Of a stretch of DNA of 64,000 nucleotides, positions 61,408-64,000 are shown piece after piece. Made by a program: the position numbers and the translations under genes. How positions within the stretch are numbered: the first letter of the stretch is position 1; the number at the start of each line of letters is the position of its first letter. Below the pieces are notes generated by a model. The model did no database searches. It saw nothing but the letters and a program-made list of their open reading frames with translations, and was not told the origin of the DNA. Source of the DNA: Octopus sinensis (lineage: Eukaryota); contig NC_042999.1 of assembly GCF_006345805.1 (NCBI RefSeq), forward strand, positions 8,680,001 through 8,744,000, read 5' to 3'.

Positions 61408-61777
61408 TAAGTAACTGGAGTTTAACGCAGGTGTAAATCAAATATTTTTACTTTCGACACATGTTTCGAAAATTCCACTGATACTATTCAAAAGAATAAA
61501 TGGTATAAACAATGCAATCTTCTCCTCAGCTACTTATGACGTTATATCATATAACGTTTTTTTAAACAATATTATAGCGTTCTGTCTATCGCTATACAAA
61601 TTCATCATTTTTTGCTAAATTTGACTTATTGACGCGTTTCGCTTTTTTCACTTTCCTGAGAAGATTGCATTGTTTATACCATTTATACTTTTGAATAGTA
61701 TCAGTGGAATTTTCGAAACATGTGTCGAAAGTAAAAATATTTGATTTACACCTGCGTTAAACTCCATTTATTTATTC
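61405..61777. mobile_element. Head-to-head inverted pLTR-like pair (120-bp arms) with extended-stem-II hammerhead
   Basis: 61405-61524 mirrors 61658-61777. Minus arm: CUGAGGA-GAAGAUU...AAUUUUC-GAAA-CAUGU-GUC/GAAAGU. Confidence 0.75.
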
Positions 61778-61834
61778 ATATATATTTATGTTATGGTTAA
61801 AATTGATTTTGGGAGGCTGCTGCTGCTGCTTTCT

Positions 61835-61848
61835 GTGTATATATAGCG
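61835..61848 (+). promoter_or_regulatory. TATA-like box ~30-40 bp upstream of the Rep-like ATG
   Basis: GTGTATATATAGCG preceded by GGGAGGCTGCTGCTGCTG. ATG at 61877. Confidence 0.4.
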
Positions 61849-61876
61849 TGAATTCTGGTTTACTACTACAGTCAAG

Positions 61877-61984
61877 ATGCCTCACCATCCACGATACACC
61901 AGATTCTGCTTTACACTTAACAACTACGACGATGTCGACGTTTATAGACTTCAGCATATGGAGCATATTCGTTATATAATTTTC
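61877..61984 (+). pseudogene. rep: Endogenous CRESS-DNA (circo/nanovirus-like) Rep N-terminal fragment
   Basis: MPHHPRYTRFCFTLNNYDDVDVYRLQHMEHIRYIIF. RCR motif I (F/W)CFTLNN(Y/P) within 20 aa of the start, then YIIF 15 aa later, where Reps have the Y(I/L)(I/V)(F/V)G.E strand before motif II. Truncated there. Confidence 0.72.
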
Positions 61985-62084
61985 GAAAATTTTCACCAAA
62001 CAATTTTTAGAAAATTTTTGCCGAAAATTTTACCCAAAAATTTTTCAAACATTTTCATTGAAAATTGTCGCCAAAAATTTTTTG
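61978..62084. repeat. AT-rich ~11-13-bp repeats with palindromic GAAAATTTTC (block 1)
   Basis: GAAAATTTTCACC, GAAAATTTTTGCC, GAAAATTTTACCC, AAAAATTTTTC. Confidence 0.85.
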
Positions 62085-62290
62085 AGATCAAAGAGGGTGC
62101 CGACAGAGATCAAAGAGGGCGCCGACAGAGATCAAAGAGGGTGCCGACAGAGATCAAAGAGGAGTTTTGGCAGAGATCAATGAGGGTGCCGACAGAGATC
62201 AAAGAGGAGTTTTGACAGAGTTCAAAGAGGAGTTTTGACGGAGATCAAAGAGGGTGCAGACAGTGATCAAAGAGGGCGCCGATAGAGATC
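62085..62290 (+). repeat. 22-bp repeat array, short arm (plus orientation)
   Basis: GAGATCAAAGAGGG(T/C)GCCGACA, about 9 units including 23-bp GAGGAGTTTTGACA variants. Confidence 0.92.
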
Positions 62291-62295
62291 TCTCC

Positions 62296-62412
62296 CAGAA
62301 AATTTTCAGTAATTGTCACCTAAGATTTTACCTGAAAATTATTCGAAAATTTTCACCGAAAATTTTACCCAAAAATTTTCACCGATATTTTTCGAAAATT
62401 TTCACAATCTTT
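62296..62412. repeat. AT-rich GAAAATTTTC repeats (block 2), spacer between inverted arrays
   Basis: Shares CCGAAAATTTTACCCAAAAATTTT with block 1 in direct orientation. Confidence 0.85.
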
Positions 62413-62417
62413 GATAC

Positions 62418-64000
62418 TAGTCGGCACCATCTTTGATTTCTGTCAGCACCCGCTTTGACCTCTTTCGGCGCCCTCTTTGATCTCTGTCGGCGCCCTCTTT
62501 GATCTCTGTCGGCACCCTCTTTGATCTCTGTCGGCGCCCTCTTTGATCTCTGTCGGCACCCTCTTTGATCTCTGTCGGCGCCCTCTTTGATCTCTGTCGG
62601 CACCCTCTTTGATCTCTGTCGGCAGGCTCTTTGATCTCTGTCGACACCCTCTTTGATCTCTGTCGACACCCTCCTTGATCTCTGTCGGCACCCTCTTTGA
62701 TCTCTGTCGGCGCCCTCTTTGATCTCTGTCGGCACCCTCTTTGATCTCTCTCGGCGCCCTCTTTGATCTCTGTAGGCACCCTCTTTGATCTCTGTCGGCG
62801 CCCTCTTTGATCTCGGTCGGCACCCTCTTTGATCTCTGTCGGCGCCCTCTTTGATCTCTGTCGGCACGCCTTTTGATCTCTGTCGGCGCCCTCTTTGATC
62901 TCTGTCGGCACCCTCTTTGATCTCTGTCGGCGCCCTCTTTGATCTCTGTCGGCACCCTCTTTGATCACTGTCGGCACCCTCTTTGATCTCTGTCGGCACC
63001 CTCTTTGATCTCTGTCGACACCCCCTTGATCTCTGTCGGCGCCCTCTTTGATCTCTGTCGGCACCCTCTTTGATCTCTGTCGACACCCTCTTTGATCTAT
63101 GTCGGCGCCTCTTTGATCTCTGTCGGCACCCTCTTTGATCTATGTCGGCGCCCTCTTTGATCTCTGTCGGCACCCTCTTTGATCTCTGTCGGCGCCCTCT
63201 TTGATCTCTGTCGGCGCCCTCTTTGATCTCTGTCGGCACCCTCTTTGATCTCTCTCGGCGCCCTCTTTCATCTCTGTCGGCGCACTCTTTGATCTCTGTC
63301 GGCACCCTCTTTGATCTCTGTCGGCGCCCTCTTTGATCTCTGTCGACACCCTCCTTGATCTCTGTCGGCACCCTCTTTGATCTCTGTCAAAACTCCTCTT
63401 TGATCTCTGTCGGCGCCCTCTTTGATCTCTGTCGACACCCTCTTTGATCTCTGTCGGCGCCCTCTTTGATCTCTGTCGGCACCCTCTTTGATCTCTGTCG
63501 GCGCCCTCTTTGATCTCTGTCGGCGCACTCTTTGATCTCTGTCGGCACCCTCTTTGATCTCTGTCGGCGCCCTCTTTGATCTCTGTCGGCACCCTCTTTG
63601 ATCTCTGTCGGCGCCCTCTTTGATCTCTGTCGGCACCCTCTTTGATCTCTGTCGGCGCCCTCTTTGATCTCTGTCGGCACCCTCTTTGATCTCTGTCGGC
63701 AGGCTCTTTGATCTCTGTCGGCACCCTCTTTGATCTCTGTCGACACCCTCCTTGATCTCTGTCGGCACCCACTTTGATCTCTGTCGGCGCCCTCTTTGAT
63801 CTCTGTCGGCACCCTCTTTGATCTCTGTCGGCGCCCTCTTTGATCTCTGTCGGCACCCTCTTTGATCTATGTCGGCGCCCTCTTTGATCTCTGTCGGCAC
63901 CCTCTTTGATCTATGTCGGCGCCCTCTTTGATCTCTGTCGGCACCCTCTTGATCTATGTCGGCGCCCTCTTTGATCTCTGTCGGCACCCTCTTTGATCTA
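62418..64000 (-). repeat. 22-bp GC-rich tandem array, long arm (opposite orientation), ~70 units, runs off the window
   Basis: TTGATCTCTGTCGGC(A/G)CCCTCT with A/G alternation (44-bp dimer). The 66-bp cycle explains the PTEIKEGADRDQRGRRQRSKRV ORFs. Confidence 0.97.

Noticed and set aside
61625-61645. GCGAAACGCGUC hammerhead 3' half on the minus strand
   Set aside because: 5' core absent; fragment only.
61780-61876. CRESS nonanucleotide stem-loop origin
   Set aside because: No NANTATTAC in a hairpin was found. TACTACTAC is not in a stem-loop.
62379-63987. Long ORFs (up to 330 aa) of PTEIKEGADRDQRGRRQRSKRV repeats
   Set aside because: By-product of a 22-bp stop-free repeat cycling through three frames. 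No unique domain or start context.
62085-64000. CRISPR-like array
   Set aside because: Units are contiguous with no unique spacers, and the context is eukaryotic.

Overview
AT-rich, microsatellite-dense eukaryotic scaffold with a 100-N gap at 1235-1334. The tRNA-derived SINE families resemble those described from octopus, so an Octopus genome is inferred. I found no convincing host protein-coding exon, and most predicted ORFs are microsatellite translations. The window is an archive of mobile DNA: (1) a near full-length, frameshifted Penelope-like element (RT + GIY-YIG, 30110-34704, minus) between ~320-bp direct repeats; (2) about ten PLE-type minimal hammerhead ribozyme motifs, several with non-canonical cores (A6U, U4C, a compensatory G3:C8 swap) and often in head-to-head inverted pairs; (3) an ORF1-only Tx1/L1-like element inserted into one hammerhead with a 14-bp TSD, whose 3' tail matches the commonest SINE; (4) SINE concatemers, some inserted as single TSD-flanked units; (5) CR1-group and RLE LINE ends, two mariner/Tc1 fossils, Helentron-type elements and foldback MITEs. 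At the right end, a TATA-preceded CRESS-DNA-virus Rep N-terminus (RFCFTLNNY) runs directly into palindromic AT-rich repeats and a >1.8-kb inverted 22-bp GC-rich array. This module is the best candidate for an undescribed system. All calls are by eye, with no database searches.
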